From: Guillardia theta CCMP2712
Taxonomy: Eukaryota > Protista > Cryptophyta
Direction of reading: 5' to 3'
DNA length: 64,000 nt
Assembly (NCBI RefSeq): GCF_000315625.1
Contig: NW_005434671.1
Location: 124,001-188,000, forward strand
Below the pieces are notes generated by a model, which was given only the letters and a program-made list of their open reading frames with translations, did no database searches and had not been told where the DNA came from. The translations under genes and the position numbers were made by a program. This document shows, one piece after another, positions 1 to 11,817 of the stretch. Every line of letters starts with the position of its first letter. The first letter of the stretch is position 1.

Positions 1-932
1 TTAATTTCAGACTCACCTGCAGCTCAAAGACTGGGTAAGATATGCTACCATTTGGCCCGTCAATAGAGTGCCTTTTAACAGTATCCATGTTAACGGCCAT
101 TTCATCCTCCAAAACCCAGTCATTCAAAGTACAAGTCATTGCTTCTAGAAGTTATCCTTACCTTCGCTGCCACACCCTTCATGTCTATCAAAAATCTCAG
201 CAACAACCCTATGTCTTGAACCGAAGGATTTGCAGTGTTGGATAAATGTCCACTGATGTCACTAATCGCAGGTATATTTCGCAATGCATCGTCCAACTTT
301 CTGAAATCTTCGCCACCACACAAGTCTACAAAACAGTCAGGAAATGGATCAAATACAGTGACTCTGCGAAAAGATCGGTTCGCTGCCACCGCCAAACAAA
401 TCAATGTATCCAATGTCTTGCGCTTGTTTGAAGCAAACTCTACGACATCAGAGAAATCGTTAACAGCATGTTGATACTTGTTCGTTCTGAAATCTGGATC
501 AATCGAGCATTCACACCTTTCGATCGCCTCGACAATGAGCTCAATCAGAACATTGATGGGTGTTCGTTTTTCAGCTGCTCGGCAGGCAACAGACTCGAGC
601 TCGGTGCCTGATCCCGAAGGAGACTTCTCACCCCCGAAGATGAGGATGGTTCCCTCTTCACACGAAGGAATGTACACGAAGACGTTGGAACACTGACCAA
701 GTGCTTCAAACGCAAACCCAACCCCCACCGACAGCAGTCGCTCTTCATCATTCCATTTCAGCCACCTCACCATCATTCGCGCCCCTGCATCGTTGGCCCC
801 TCCTCTGAGGAGTTGCCGCCTACCAGGACCACATGTCCTGTCCTGTCTGGTTGGAAATTTCCCATTGAAGCTGCAGACAAGCGCGGCAATCTCCGCGTCC
901 CTTCCCCTCGCCATCTCGCCGCCCCCTGCCAT
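1..932 (-). CDS. PARP6/8/16-like mono-ADP-ribosyltransferase, N-terminal part (runs off the window start)
   Basis: ORF 120-944 contains TLDTLICLAVAANRSFRRVTVFDPFP...DFRKLDDALRNIPAISDI...LLRFLI, resembling the helical domain preceding the catalytic domain in PARP16/PARP6/8. GT-AG introns near 161 and 16. Catalytic domain not in window. Confidence 0.55.
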
Positions 933-1916
933 GATTTTGACCAATTTGACCAGCCAGCTAGAATTTTCTGAACAAACTCACTAAGCTAATCGGATAACCG
1001 GGCCACCCTAACTGAGGCAAGCCTGCTTGGGAATAGCAGGGCAGCTCGATGAGATAGAGCAAGATATAGAGCGCCGAAACGCTGCCACCAGAGGATCACA
1101 GGGCGATGCGGCCTGCAGAAAGGCGATGGTGAAGAAGGTGAGTGGAGGAAGAGATGAAGAGATGAAGAGATAACGAGACGATGAAGACTAAGATGGCGTT
1201 TCTAAAGGTGTTATAGAAGGCAAGCCAATGAAGAACAGATTCGGATTCTCTGTTTTGTTGACCATTGTAGTTTTCGGAAGCTACCAGGTGAAACACCTGC
1301 CTCATGTTGAGGTGATGACATGGGAAACTGAAGACTTTGATTAGCTGAGTGTTGAATCCAAGAAACTTTTATCCCAAGTGAGATGTGAATGTTCCGACGA
1401 CTCTGCACTGAAACATTTTTGAAGGACGTTAGGAAGAAGTTGAAGGAATTCGGGATTTCAAAGGATCAGGCGTGTTGTTGCATTTAAGACATCTTGGATC
1501 ATGACATGCGTGCAGATTGGCGGTCTAGAAGTTGTACTCAAAGCTGAGAAGGAGCAAAGGAAAGAAACTGTTTGGTTGTCATTTTTGTCGGGGAAGTCTG
1601 AACAGAAAGAAGTTAAGAAGCTGTTAAAGGCTAAGCATCCCAGCCTGAAAGCAAAGCGAAAGACAGTTGAAGGGAGCAAATGCCTCAAGATCTCTTCAAA
1701 CCCAAAAACGTCTACAAAAGCAGAAGTAAAAATCATCATGTTTTGTCGATGTGAATGACCGTGACGCTTTCAGTCGGAACAGAAGGAGCCACCAAAGGAA
1801 AAAGCAGTTCAAGGTTTGTCTTGGACCACATCCTAATCCCCTCTGCCTCTGCCTCTGCCTCTGCCTCTGTCTTTAGGCCTCATCATGCCCCTACAACCTT
1901 TCTTCTTTGCTCTGTC

Positions 1917-2967
1917 ATGGCGTTAGTCGATTTATCCTCATCTCTATTCCACGATCTAAATGTTGGTTGCGACGCAGTGATTACAGGGGAGGATAACGCA
2001 GAGCTGAAGCAAGACAAATACATTCGATCGATTCGAAAACGTCTCCGACAGATTGAAGAGCTGGAGGAAGTAAGTTGAGAAGAATCACAGCTAGGAATAT
2101 GATGTGTCTGATTGCTTTTATTGCAAAGAAAAAACAAAGAGGGGAATCTTTGAATGCAGAGCAAGTGAAGAAGATTTTGAGAAAGGTGGAGGTACAGAAG
2201 GAGTTACAAGCTGCGACTAAGACAACCTCAGCACCCGAGAAGACCTCGGTCTTCTATCTCTTCCTATGCTTGACGCGCTGACACTGAAACAGGATAGCGA
2301 TGACGATGACCGGACTCGCGGCCGAGATCCGATGCTGGTTGCTCCGACGAAGACTAACTATGAGATGATGAAGCTTATAAGACAGAAGGTGACGTTGCCA
2401 GTAGTGTCTCGACTTGCTCATGAGCTCCAGATCGAGGCTGTACGATCCACCGACGAGTACAAGAGGAGGAGAGAACTTCGGAGGTCGAGGAAGAAGAAAG
2501 AAGAAATAGTGGAAGATGAAGAAGATTTGTGCATTGGCGAGCCGCAGTTTGGTCCTAACGGCGAGATGTTGGATGTGATCTGGAGGAACGTATCAGAACC
2601 CAAGACTGCACAAACCGCCGAGGTGAAGCAGAAGAAGCGAAAGAAAGAGGCTCCTCCTCCCAAATCTCCCGAACCCCCCGAACCTCAAGATCCACCAGGG
2701 AACAAGGAGGCCCTGGAGCTTCGGTTGACACCGACCAAGAAGGGTCAGACATCTCCGTTTGCAGGCAAAGTGAAGATCACGGAGGGGGAGCTGCTGCTGG
2801 GCACCAACTCAGATGGGACGCTCAAGGAGAGGCTGGAGCTTCTGACTCAAGTCTCTCTCAAGGATCTGTGTCGTCGTGCTGGAGTGCCGGTGAGCGGGAA
2901 GAAAGAAGAACAGATCAACCGGCTCTTGGGGCCTCTTTCACTCATGATCGCTAAGGAGAAGAAGTAA
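1917..2967 (+). CDS. Multi-exon protein with PYM/eIF2A-C-like coiled motif and C-terminal SAP domain
   Basis: IRSIRKRLRQIEELE...GESLNAEQVKKI motif; C-terminal LKDLCRRAGVPVSGKKEEQINRL fits the SAP consensus; GTAAG donor at 2070. Confidence 0.6.
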
Positions 2968-3027
2968 GGAATGGGAATGGGATGAATTCATGTCTTTTGA
3001 ATTAATAATAAGTAAGTAATCTTGCAC

Positions 3028-5813
3028 CTAGCCAGATCTAATGTTCGGCTTGAATGTGCACTCCTTCAAATCCTCCCTTTCCTTCATCTCTCTCAGCTCA
3101 GCTAAGACTGCATCTCGAATTTTCTGCCTTTGGATACTTTTCTCGTAGAAGTCATTGGGTCCCTCCTTGAATTCTTTCACAACCTTGTCCTGGCTTTCGT
3201 TCTGATCTTGCGAAGTCACGCTCACCCTCTCATCGATGAACGTGTTCAAGGACATGGCTTCTGAGAACGCCGAATGATTCTCACTGTTCTCCGAGCAAGA
3301 ATCGTCTCCAGCGTTTTCAAGAGGAACTCCCAATTTCCGGTTGCCTTTCTTCAAGGACGTGATACCAAAGATGACATGCCAAGGTGAGAAGCCATTGCTA
3401 AGAGGCGTCTTAAACTCCGCCAAACATGCTTGCTTGAACTGATCGAATGTTAACGGCCGAGGCGAGAACTCAGCGCATTTCATCAAGACAGGCATTATGA
3501 CAGATGCTGTTTCTTCATGTCCGAGCAGTTTAGCTTGACTTCGAACTTGTACTGGCAAAGTTGGAGGCGTGACCAACCCATCTCCATCTCTGTCGAGCGC
3601 TGCAAAGATGTATCGAAGATGTTGTTCCTTAGCATTTTCTATGATCTTCTTGGAGCCTTTACAGGATTTCGGGGCGTTTCTGGTCTCGTCCATCTGTCTG
3701 TCTCTCTCTGCCATCATGTAAGCCTTTCTTCGCTCAGATTCCTGTCACAACCTCAGCCATCGACACACAGGGGAGAAAGCTTGCTCACCTTGTAAACAGA
3801 AAATTGCTTCTCTCCTATTCTTTGCGCCTCCCAGATCGATATCTTCTTTTCTTGACTCCCTTCCCCCTTGATTCTAGTCTGTCCTGACGAGTAATCTGGA
3901 GACCACAAGAGCTTCGAGATTGTCGCACTCAACCCTTTCGGGTCACTCGTGATACTCTCATCTCTTGACAGCAGTTTCAAGTCAAGCTGATAAGGCGATT
4001 GCAGCCTTGATACCATGGCCTGGGGAAACTCTTTCAGTTGATTCAATCGTCTTCGTGCGCGTCATCGACCTGTTCTTGTTCCCGGGAAAGCTTTTTTGTC
4101 GGAGTCTTCAAGCTAGACACACTCTCCCAGACATAAGACTGGCTTGGCTTCTTGCTAAAAGCTTCTTCATAAAGATGCTCATGCACGTTGCCTTCATGGG
4201 TCCTTGCACTCAACATGCGCTTGCAGTCGCTTATTTTTGGCTTGAAGGTGCACTCTTTCAGTTCTTGAGTCAGATGTTTGATTTGATTTTGTTCTTCCTC
4301 CACTTTCTTGGATTTCATCAAATTTTCTAGGCGTCGATCCCAGTTGTCTCTCTTGAGTTGTCTAGCCTTCAACCCGATGTCTGGTTGAAACGGGTCTAAC
4401 TGCAGTCCTTTGACAAATTGACTCTCTCGTTCGAGCACCTTTTTCAGCTTATCTTCATCATGTCGAGAAATCTCGCTCTCCCTCTTTCGTCGCAATGTTT
4501 CTGCTTCTTCATATAATCGGTTGAAAATCGAGCTGTTGTCAGGGAACGAGGAGAGTGAATGCGCACTGTTCGAAGGGTTGGACTTGCATTTGGAGCTCTT
4601 CTGCTTGAATTCCTTCTCTTGCTCCGCTTGTTGTTTCTGCTTTAATTGGATGGACTGCTCCAAACTTGTCATTCTTCGCTTGACTTCCTGGTACAGCCTT
4701 TCATGTACATTCTTCACCTGATCACAAAACATCAATGTTTGCTTCATGGGATTGCAACAGAGAGCGACAAGTACCGCATCCCTTGTAGGCTGAGGCCGCT
4801 CCTTTGGTGCAGATCTTGTTCGATTCCGGGGAGTGCCTGATAATCTCGTCATGCACATACATCCTTCATAAAGATCCCCTTACTGTGATTCGAAGCTGAA
4901 CGGTTAGCGCTTGTCTGTTGGCGGAAAGCAAAACTGAGTTATGAACGGCAGAGAAATATCTGACAGCAACCTTGACATCTTCCTCTCTGTCGGATCTTGA
5001 TGCTCTTTCTCTTGGTGCTGATCTTGGGCGAGATGTGTACAGATGTTGGAACTCAAGAGATTCAGGTCCAGACCATCTTCAACAAATAAGTCAGCAACAG
5101 CACAAATACAATTCCTGAGAATACTTTCTTGATTGGCGAGATTGCAACCATCGATTCCTTGCACTTTCGCAAAGTTCTCTCTTCTTCTCTATCAGCTTCA
5201 TGCCATTATCATACAACCTATTCCCAACCCGAAGGTATTCCGAAGGACTAAGAACGCTGTATCCGATCTTCCCTCTATTTTCGATTGACATCAATTCTTT
5301 CTTGTAAGCGGTTTGATTCATCAACTCCAGATCTTTGAGAACAGATAAATTGTTTTTCTGCTTGGTCGATTGACTTTCCCAATGAAAGAAGGAACCATCT
5401 TCGCTGAGGACTTCCCTATCACAGTGCATGCGAGGCATGGAGTCATAATCTTCGGTGGAATATTCTATTGGTTCTAGTGGATGATAACTTTCAGGCGTGG
5501 AAGATGTGCCTTTCAATGTTGCTGGAATTTCTCGCTCAAACGATTGGTTTATCTTGTCCATTACATTCATGTTTCTCACACCAAAACTGTTTGCAAGAGT
5601 CTTTTCAATGTGCTCAGCGAGTTTCTGTGCAACTTTGGTTTTGGACAATTGGTAAGTTTCGCAAAAATCGATTGCCAGCTTCTCAACATCGTCATTTTGA
5701 CGTAAAGCTATTTTCCCTATCCTTCCGTCCCCGATGTCAATGCTCATAATTGCAACCACCTTCGAGTTTTTGATTTTCTCCATGTTTGCCCGACTGTGGT
5801 CAACAAGGACCAA
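3028..5813 (-). CDS. Multi-exon coiled-coil protein with ECTFKP repeats and a C-terminal EF-hand-like loop
   Basis: Collinear ORFs 5091-5813, 4043-4858, 3028-3717; repeated LKECTFKP and xHERLY motifs; IFAALDRDGDGLVT EF-hand-like loop. Confidence 0.6.
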
Positions 5814-6805
5814 GTTTACTGGGACAGGCGTGAACGATGAAATGGGAGAATCTGCACGTGCTGGGGTGTATCGAGTGAGGCAAATTCAACACTGTCGCAA
5901 CTGCTTTCACAGGATCAAAACTTTCTCATCTCACTGATTCACATGCGAGCTCAGCCTAAAAATCATTTCAAACTCCACTTCCTCTCTCTTGTTCTGTCTC
6001 GTTGGTAGACCTCCCTATCCTTGGTCTGCCAACTCTTAAGCTCTCACTGACTTTCTGCGGGTTCCCTCGCCCATCATTGACTTTAACCAAGGCCTGGATG
6101 TAACAGACCAGGCCGCCGGCTCTGCGTAAACTTGGTAGGTGGGGTGGGGACCCACCCTCGGCCTCGTCGCTGTCGTACGGTACAGAAGTGAAACCGTCGA
6201 GGCCCATTCATCCCAAGGGGTAGTCTGAGAGCAGCCTCGGCGTTCCACCACCTACCGGTCACCGGGTACTGGAATCTGTTACTCAAAGTTAAGTTAAAAA
6301 TCAGTACGAGGACAATCAGGAGAGTCGAGGAGGCTTGACCCTGACACTGTCGCACAGGCCAAACGGCGAGAAGAGAAAAGACAGCGAGAACCAAACCCAA
6401 TCCTGCCAGTACTGGAATTATTCTGTAGGGCCGGTCCTATCAGAGTCCACGCTCAGGCTGCACCTAAAACCAGGTCCTGCCGGGGACTGGCAGAGTCCAC
6501 TGAAGGGCCCCGGCAGTGGGTCAGAGGGTGGGTGGCCCGGGCCCGACCGCTAGTGTGATGCCACGGTGCTGCTGCACTTTCTGAGGGCCTGTGCCGCTAG
6601 CGAAGTGCCGCAGTGCGGCCATACTATGATAAGACGGTGGCCCATGATGGTCTACAGCCTGGCAGGCTTGACCCGGGGGCAACCGTAAAACACCGCGACA
6701 GGCCGCGGCGGCGGGGCTTCCGAGCCTTCAGTGAAATGAGCCTTGATCGGACGGTCCCCGGCCCCCCGGCGGCCGGCCCGGCCGCGTGCGGCCCCGGCGG
6801 GTCTC

Positions 6806-7200
6806 TGACGGATCACATGGATCTTATATAGAGCCCAGACTTGCCGAGCCCAAAAACTGAGAAATTGTAACTGTTCTGGAACGGTACGGTTCTCCATTCC
6901 GACTATTCGATGGAATGACCAGAGGAAGCATCCTCGGGGCGGACAATACCCCTGGTTATCTGTATATAAGCATGGGGTCTTGTCTTCCTCTCTCTCTGTC
7001 TCTTTCCCTCTCTTCTCCCTCTTTCTTTCTCCTCATTCTCTCTCTCTTCTCTTTTCCTTTCTCACTATCTCTTAATCTTTTTCTTTCTCCTATCCTTTCA
7101 GTCTCTGTTGTCTTCCTATCCTTGCTCTACTTATAAATACTCTTATCTCTGAAGTCAATTACCTATCTGCTCTAACTTCGCTACTGCATACAATCCATCG
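6806..7200 (+). repeat. 5' LTR (TG...CG)
   Basis: Matches 12790-13184 by eye at all but the first and last base; TATA-like TATATAAG at 6963; long CT-rich tract; imperfect terminal IR TGACGGAT/ATCCATC(A). Confidence 0.95.
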
Positions 7201-7213
7201 GTTATGATAGCCT
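7200..7213 (+). promoter_or_regulatory. Primer-binding site, half-tRNA-iMet type
   Basis: GGTTATGA(TA)GCC resembles the complement of the initiator tRNA anticodon arm used by copia/Ty5; contains the gag ATG at 7204. Confidence 0.65.
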
Positions 7214-10200
7214 CGTTCTCTACTACGCCAGGGCTGACTTCTTTCTCCAATACAGCCACACTCAGTCTTGGAATTCTTGTGCTTTGGTTCGCTTACTGCA
7301 CTTTTCGACTCATCTGTTCAATCTACACAACATTGTCTGACTGGAAAGGCCGAATCTACAACAATGTATGCTTTCCATCACTACTGAACCTGTTCAACAG
7401 AAACAAACTGGCAGACCTGACAACCGACGCACAGGCTAATCTTCAATACGCCAGCACACCGCATGTGCATCGATATGTCACCAAATCCCCCAATGTTGCT
7501 CCTAACATTCTGTTTGCACATGATACCCCAACTACTTCTGGGGCAACCAAATATTCTTCTAAGGTTCTTCGACGAACAACACCAGTTTATCGTCCGAACC
7601 CAATGAGTGTGACAACTGTGAAATCTCCCACCAGTACCCCGGCACAAGTTACGATTATTTCCTCGCCATCCGGCATAGAGTTTCCACCGCTTCCACGTAG
7701 CACTGACTATGACGCACTGGACACTTGGAAACAAGGGGTAGAGAGAATCTTCCGACGTCATTCCATCCCAATGTCCGACTGGCTTCCCATCCTAGCGGAC
7801 GATCCTCGCACTGATGAACGACTGGTAAGTATCATTCGCAATGTGCAATTTGACGTAGGACCTGGAGCTTCACCCTCACAGTACTGGGAAGGTGTTATCT
7901 CTAGAGTTTTTCGTTGCACTAAATGCCCACGACCATGGGACCGGTTCTCAACACTACAGAAGAACCTTATTACGCTGAAACAGAGCAGCTCTCTTGAGCT
8001 ATACCTACTTGAGTTTGAGAATCGCTGGCGAGAACTCGCAGTATGGGCATGTGACTTTAATCTAGAAGATGGACTACCAACCCAGGATAACTTGATTACT
8101 CTACTCATTCAAGGACTGGACTCGAGATGTAGTTCAGCAGTGGCTGGCAGAACTGATGAGATTGTGAATGCCGAGACACTCACTGATGCAATGGATTTGA
8201 TTGCAGACATCTGTTCTGAATACAAGGTGGCTGGACTTGATGAGGAATCGTTCGCTCGGCTGAATAATCGTACCAAACGGACATACGGTCAGGGACTCAG
8301 GAGTGACAACATGCTTCGGGTCGAGACACCAACCGTAAGAACACCCAGCTGCATTCCCCAATCTCTCGCTTGTTACTCACGGCTCACAAAACTGTCTGCA
8401 GATACTCGAAGACTAAGTCACCACTCGCCTCAAGGGTCATGGAAGTCGAGGATCGGAATACTTCCTCTGCCACCGAACTACAGGAAACTACGTTCGCAGT
8501 ATTTTCCCCTACAAAATTTATCGTACCATCGTGCTAATAATACAACGACCCTAGCGTCTTCACGACTCGGATTGAAATCATGGCGAATTACTCAGAGGAA
8601 CTCGATTGCCCTGAAAACTACTGTCAGCCCCCTGAAAGACAAGGAGCATCATCCTCTTTCAAGGCAGACGGCTACACCTCTCGCTCCAACCACTGGGCAA
8701 CTTCCAGCGGAGACTGTGATGAACCTGGCAGAACACTATGTCAGTCCACCCAGTTCTTCAGATGAAACCCCTGAGCAACCAGGAATTCAAATTGTGTTGG
8801 ATACGGGAGCCTCCGATCATTTCTTCAACTCTGACATTCTTAATTTCATCACTGAACTTAATTCTGAACCTCTGGAGTTGCAAGTGAATACCATTCTTGG
8901 CAGTACACAAAACCAGACTGTGCTCCCAACTCGTAGACAGAGAGCTGACATATTCTCTGTCACAGCAAGGCTTCCTTTTCTTCCTGAGTCAGATCTATCA
9001 GGATTTTTCTCGCCAGACTTCATGGTGAATCTACTTTCAGCCGCCCGACTAGTGGAAAGTGGTTACTTTGTTATTCTCTGTAAAAACCATTCGGTCGTGT
9101 GCTGTCCTATAGAAAGTACCGGATCAGATGGCTCTATCCTGGTAATTCCTCTTCTCCGTTCTGGCAATACCTGGATCTTCAACTCTAGTCACCAGACAAG
9201 GTACTTAATTCGTACATCCTTACTGAACAAATTCTTGCTGTGGCTGTTGAATCCACATACCTCAGAAGTGCCAGACATCGCAGAGGCAGCCTATGTGGAC
9301 TCAAATAAGAATAAGAATGTGACAGATCAATTGTATCCTCCATTTGCACAGTTCTGCTGCAGCACGCCTACGCTCAACAGAGAATACAAGGAAACTGAAA
9401 GATCTGCGACCAGCTCAGCTCCTGAGGGATTGCCTACTGCTTCCCCTGCCGTACCGATTGGCAACACTGACACAGCTAGTAACCATCACAGTACTGAACA
9501 ATCTCTGTCTCAAAAGGCACAGTTTCTCCAGAAGTTACATCTTAAACTGGGACATGCGAACATGGTTGCCCTCACCAAACTACACTACAGCACGGCTGAA
9601 GTTCCGGAGGTACCGCGGAAGTATCTCTGCCTGGATGAAAAATGCCTGTGCTGCCTTAGAATGAAGAGCAAACAGATCCTGGCAAGTAAGCACAACGGTG
9701 AAATAACCAAATTGTGTGCGACACAGAGAAACTTTCAACCACTAGAGAAGTTACACGCTGATCTAGCAGGTCCACTGAACATTCGGACTCACAAAGGAGC
9801 AAGGCACTTTCTCGTAATCACTGACCAGGCGACACGCTTCCGATGGGTTCTACTAGTTCCCAAAAAGGATGATGTACCTGAACTCCTTCAAAGCTTCTTT
9901 CGAGACCTGCTTGCAGAATTTGGCACTAACGTAAAAATACTGATCCTACAAACCGACTGTGGCAGCGAATTTAAGAATCAGAAACTCAACACCATTCTGC
10001 AAAATGCTGGAATCAGACCTGAATACTCTTGTCCTTACACTCCAAGTCAGAATGGTATTGCAGAATCTTCGGTCAAGAGAATCAAAGAGATCACTCGAGC
10101 ATTCATGGACACATCCAATTTACCCCAGAGCCTCTGGGGGTTTGCAGCGGTACACGCTGCACGTGTTGCAAATCTCATTCCTCATCGGTTACTAAACTAT

Positions 10201-11817
10201 CAGACTCCGTTTCAATTACTGTACGGATATTACCCATCACTCAACAAGCTTCCGGTGTTCGGATGCTATGCTTGTGTTCACAGGAAAAATAACAAAGGTT
10301 CACTGGTTGGAAGCACTGTTGAAGGAATCTATCTCGGAGATGCTGATCCACTGTTTAATACAAAGGGTTATCTCGTGTATGGACCAAAGTCAAAACGATT
10401 CTTCATCTCCACGTCTGTGGCGTTTGATGAAAGCTTATACCCTTGCAGGCCAAAGAGCTCACGAAGGTTGACAGATCTCAAGGACATAAGTACACTACTT
10501 ACCGACAATGAACTTGAGTACCCTGACTACTCCAGCTCTGATCTATCAGAACACCACCAAGTCATGAGCTGTGAGCAACAATCTGGCAGTACTGATTGCT
10601 GTACAGATCTGATGAATCACGAATCTCCGAAATCTGTTCCCGGCAATGTGCATAAAGCAAAAGATACAGAACCACTGATCAAACAACGACATAGTTTGAA
10701 AACTCTGAGCAGAAAACAACTGGTCAATGCACTTGTCAGAAATAAGGTTCAACTCGAATTACCATCATACTTCTATCCGGATGAGACACCTGGAACATGG
10801 ACAGTCATGAGCCACAGAAGGGAACAAAGGAATAAGCAGACCTACCTTCTCACCAAAGTAGTGGACTGTCCTGTACCAGATGACATTGGAAAGATAATTC
10901 CACTGAAAACTGACAATTCTGAGTTCTCCTTACAGAAAGTGTTGGACCTTCAATTTAACTTTCCTCAGTATCTAGATGACATACTCTCTGTACAGCAGGG
11001 GCGTACAAGTCCAGAAGAATCAGTGAACCCCACATCTACTGCCTACTTCACCTCATCAACTCTCACTTACTGGCAGCGGATCAAGGAACCCAAAAGCATA
11101 AAGGAAGCATACGAAAGCGAACATAGAGACAAATGGATGAAAGCACTCCAAGATGAAATGACTAGCCTTGAACAAAAATTGGTGTATACTACTGAGTCAC
11201 AGGTTCCTCCCGGAACAAAAACTATCCCTTGCAAACCAGTTTTCAAGGTAAAAACAAATTCAGATGGAACCCTAGACAAATTCAAGGCTCGTATAGTAGC
11301 GTTGGGATATCGTCAAGTGAAGGGTATCGACTATGAAGAGACATTTGCACCATTTGTAGACCTGAGCACTATTCGATTGCTATTTGCATTGGCCGTAGAA
11401 TACACCTATCACATTCACCATGTCGACGTAAAAACTGCCTTCCTAAATGCAAACATAGACAAGGAAATTTATACCAGACCTCCCAAGGACTTATTGAAGT
11501 ACTTACGTGCATGGCTCACAGGAAGTGTCCCAATAGACCTACCAGAGGACGACAGAGTATTCTGGAAACTGCAGCGAGCACTATATGGTACCAAACAAGC
11601 CCCTAACTTGTGGAGTGTAACCTTACGAAATTACTTGTTACAATTAGGATTTCGTGACGTCGGATTTGAAAAATCTGTATACATTCGCAGAAAACCAGAT
11701 GGGGGTGTTCTAATCGTACTTGTCTGGGTGGATGATGTGTTACTGTTTGGAGACACCTTGGAACCTATCAATGAATTCAAGACAGAATTGAATAACAGGG
11801 TTCCCAATCACCGATAA
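7204..11817 (+). CDS. Copia gag-pol polyprotein (gag, aspartic protease, integrase, RT N-terminal part)
   Basis: VLDTGASDHF protease; HLKLGH...CLCC zinc finger; HADLAGP / TDCGSEF / QNGIAE DDE triad; TKGY; KARIVALG, DVKTAFLN, LYGTKQAP and WVDD RT motifs. Confidence 0.95.
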   Translation: MIASFSTTPGLTSFSNTATLSLGILVLWFAYCTFRLICSIYTTLSDWKGRIYNNVCFPSLLNLFNRNKLADLTTDAQANLQYASTPHVHRYVTKSPNVAPNILFAHDTPTTSGATKYSSKVLRRTTPVYRPNPMSVTTVKSPTSTPAQVTIISSPSGIEFPPLPRSTDYDALDTWKQGVERIFRRHSIPMSDWLPILADDPRTDERLVSIIRNVQFDVGPGASPSQYWEGVISRVFRCTKCPRPWDRFSTLQKNLITLKQSSSLELYLLEFENRWRELAVWACDFNLEDGLPTQDNLITLLIQGLDSRCSSAVAGRTDEIVNAETLTDAMDLIADICSEYKVAGLDEESFARLNNRTKRTYGQGLRSDNMLRVETPTVRTPSCIPQSLACYSRLTKLSADTRRLSHHSPQGSWKSRIGILPLPPNYRKLRSQYFPLQNLSYHRANNTTTLASSRLGLKSWRITQRNSIALKTTVSPLKDKEHHPLSRQTATPLAPTTGQLPAETVMNLAEHYVSPPSSSDETPEQPGIQIVLDTGASDHFFNSDILNFITELNSEPLELQVNTILGSTQNQTVLPTRRQRADIFSVTARLPFLPESDLSGFFSPDFMVNLLSAARLVESGYFVILCKNHSVVCCPIESTGSDGSILVIPLLRSGNTWIFNSSHQTRYLIRTSLLNKFLLWLLNPHTSEVPDIAEAAYVDSNKNKNVTDQLYPPFAQFCCSTPTLNREYKETERSATSSAPEGLPTASPAVPIGNTDTASNHHSTEQSLSQKAQFLQKLHLKLGHANMVALTKLHYSTAEVPEVPRKYLCLDEKCLCCLRMKSKQILASKHNGEITKLCATQRNFQPLEKLHADLAGPLNIRTHKGARHFLVITDQATRFRWVLLVPKKDDVPELLQSFFRDLLAEFGTNVKILILQTDCGSEFKNQKLNTILQNAGIRPEYSCPYTPSQNGIAESSVKRIKEITRAFMDTSNLPQSLWGFAAVHAARVANLIPHRLLNYQTPFQLLYGYYPSLNKLPVFGCYACVHRKNNKGSLVGSTVEGIYLGDADPLFNTKGYLVYGPKSKRFFISTSVAFDESLYPCRPKSSRRLTDLKDISTLLTDNELEYPDYSSSDLSEHHQVMSCEQQSGSTDCCTDLMNHESPKSVPGNVHKAKDTEPLIKQRHSLKTLSRKQLVNALVRNKVQLELPSYFYPDETPGTWTVMSHRREQRNKQTYLLTKVVDCPVPDDIGKIIPLKTDNSEFSLQKVLDLQFNFPQYLDDILSVQQGRTSPEESVNPTSTAYFTSSTLTYWQRIKEPKSIKEAYESEHRDKWMKALQDEMTSLEQKLVYTTESQVPPGTKTIPCKPVFKVKTNSDGTLDKFKARIVALGYRQVKGIDYEETFAPFVDLSTIRLLFALAVEYTYHIHHVDVKTAFLNANIDKEIYTRPPKDLLKYLRAWLTGSVPIDLPEDDRVFWKLQRALYGTKQAPNLWSVTLRNYLLQLGFRDVGFEKSVYIRRKPDGGVLIVLVWVDDVLLFGDTLEPINEFKTELNNRVPNHR

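Noticed and set aside
6915-7136. Identical 73-aa hydrophobic ORFs (also 12899-13120)
   Set aside because: Translation of the CT-rich LTR tract; the duplication is explained by the LTRs.
8280-8770. Possible hidden zinc knuckle or gag-pol frameshift in alternative frames
   Set aside because: The alternative frames I read hit stops and show no Cx2Cx4Hx4C; the main frame is open through to the protease.
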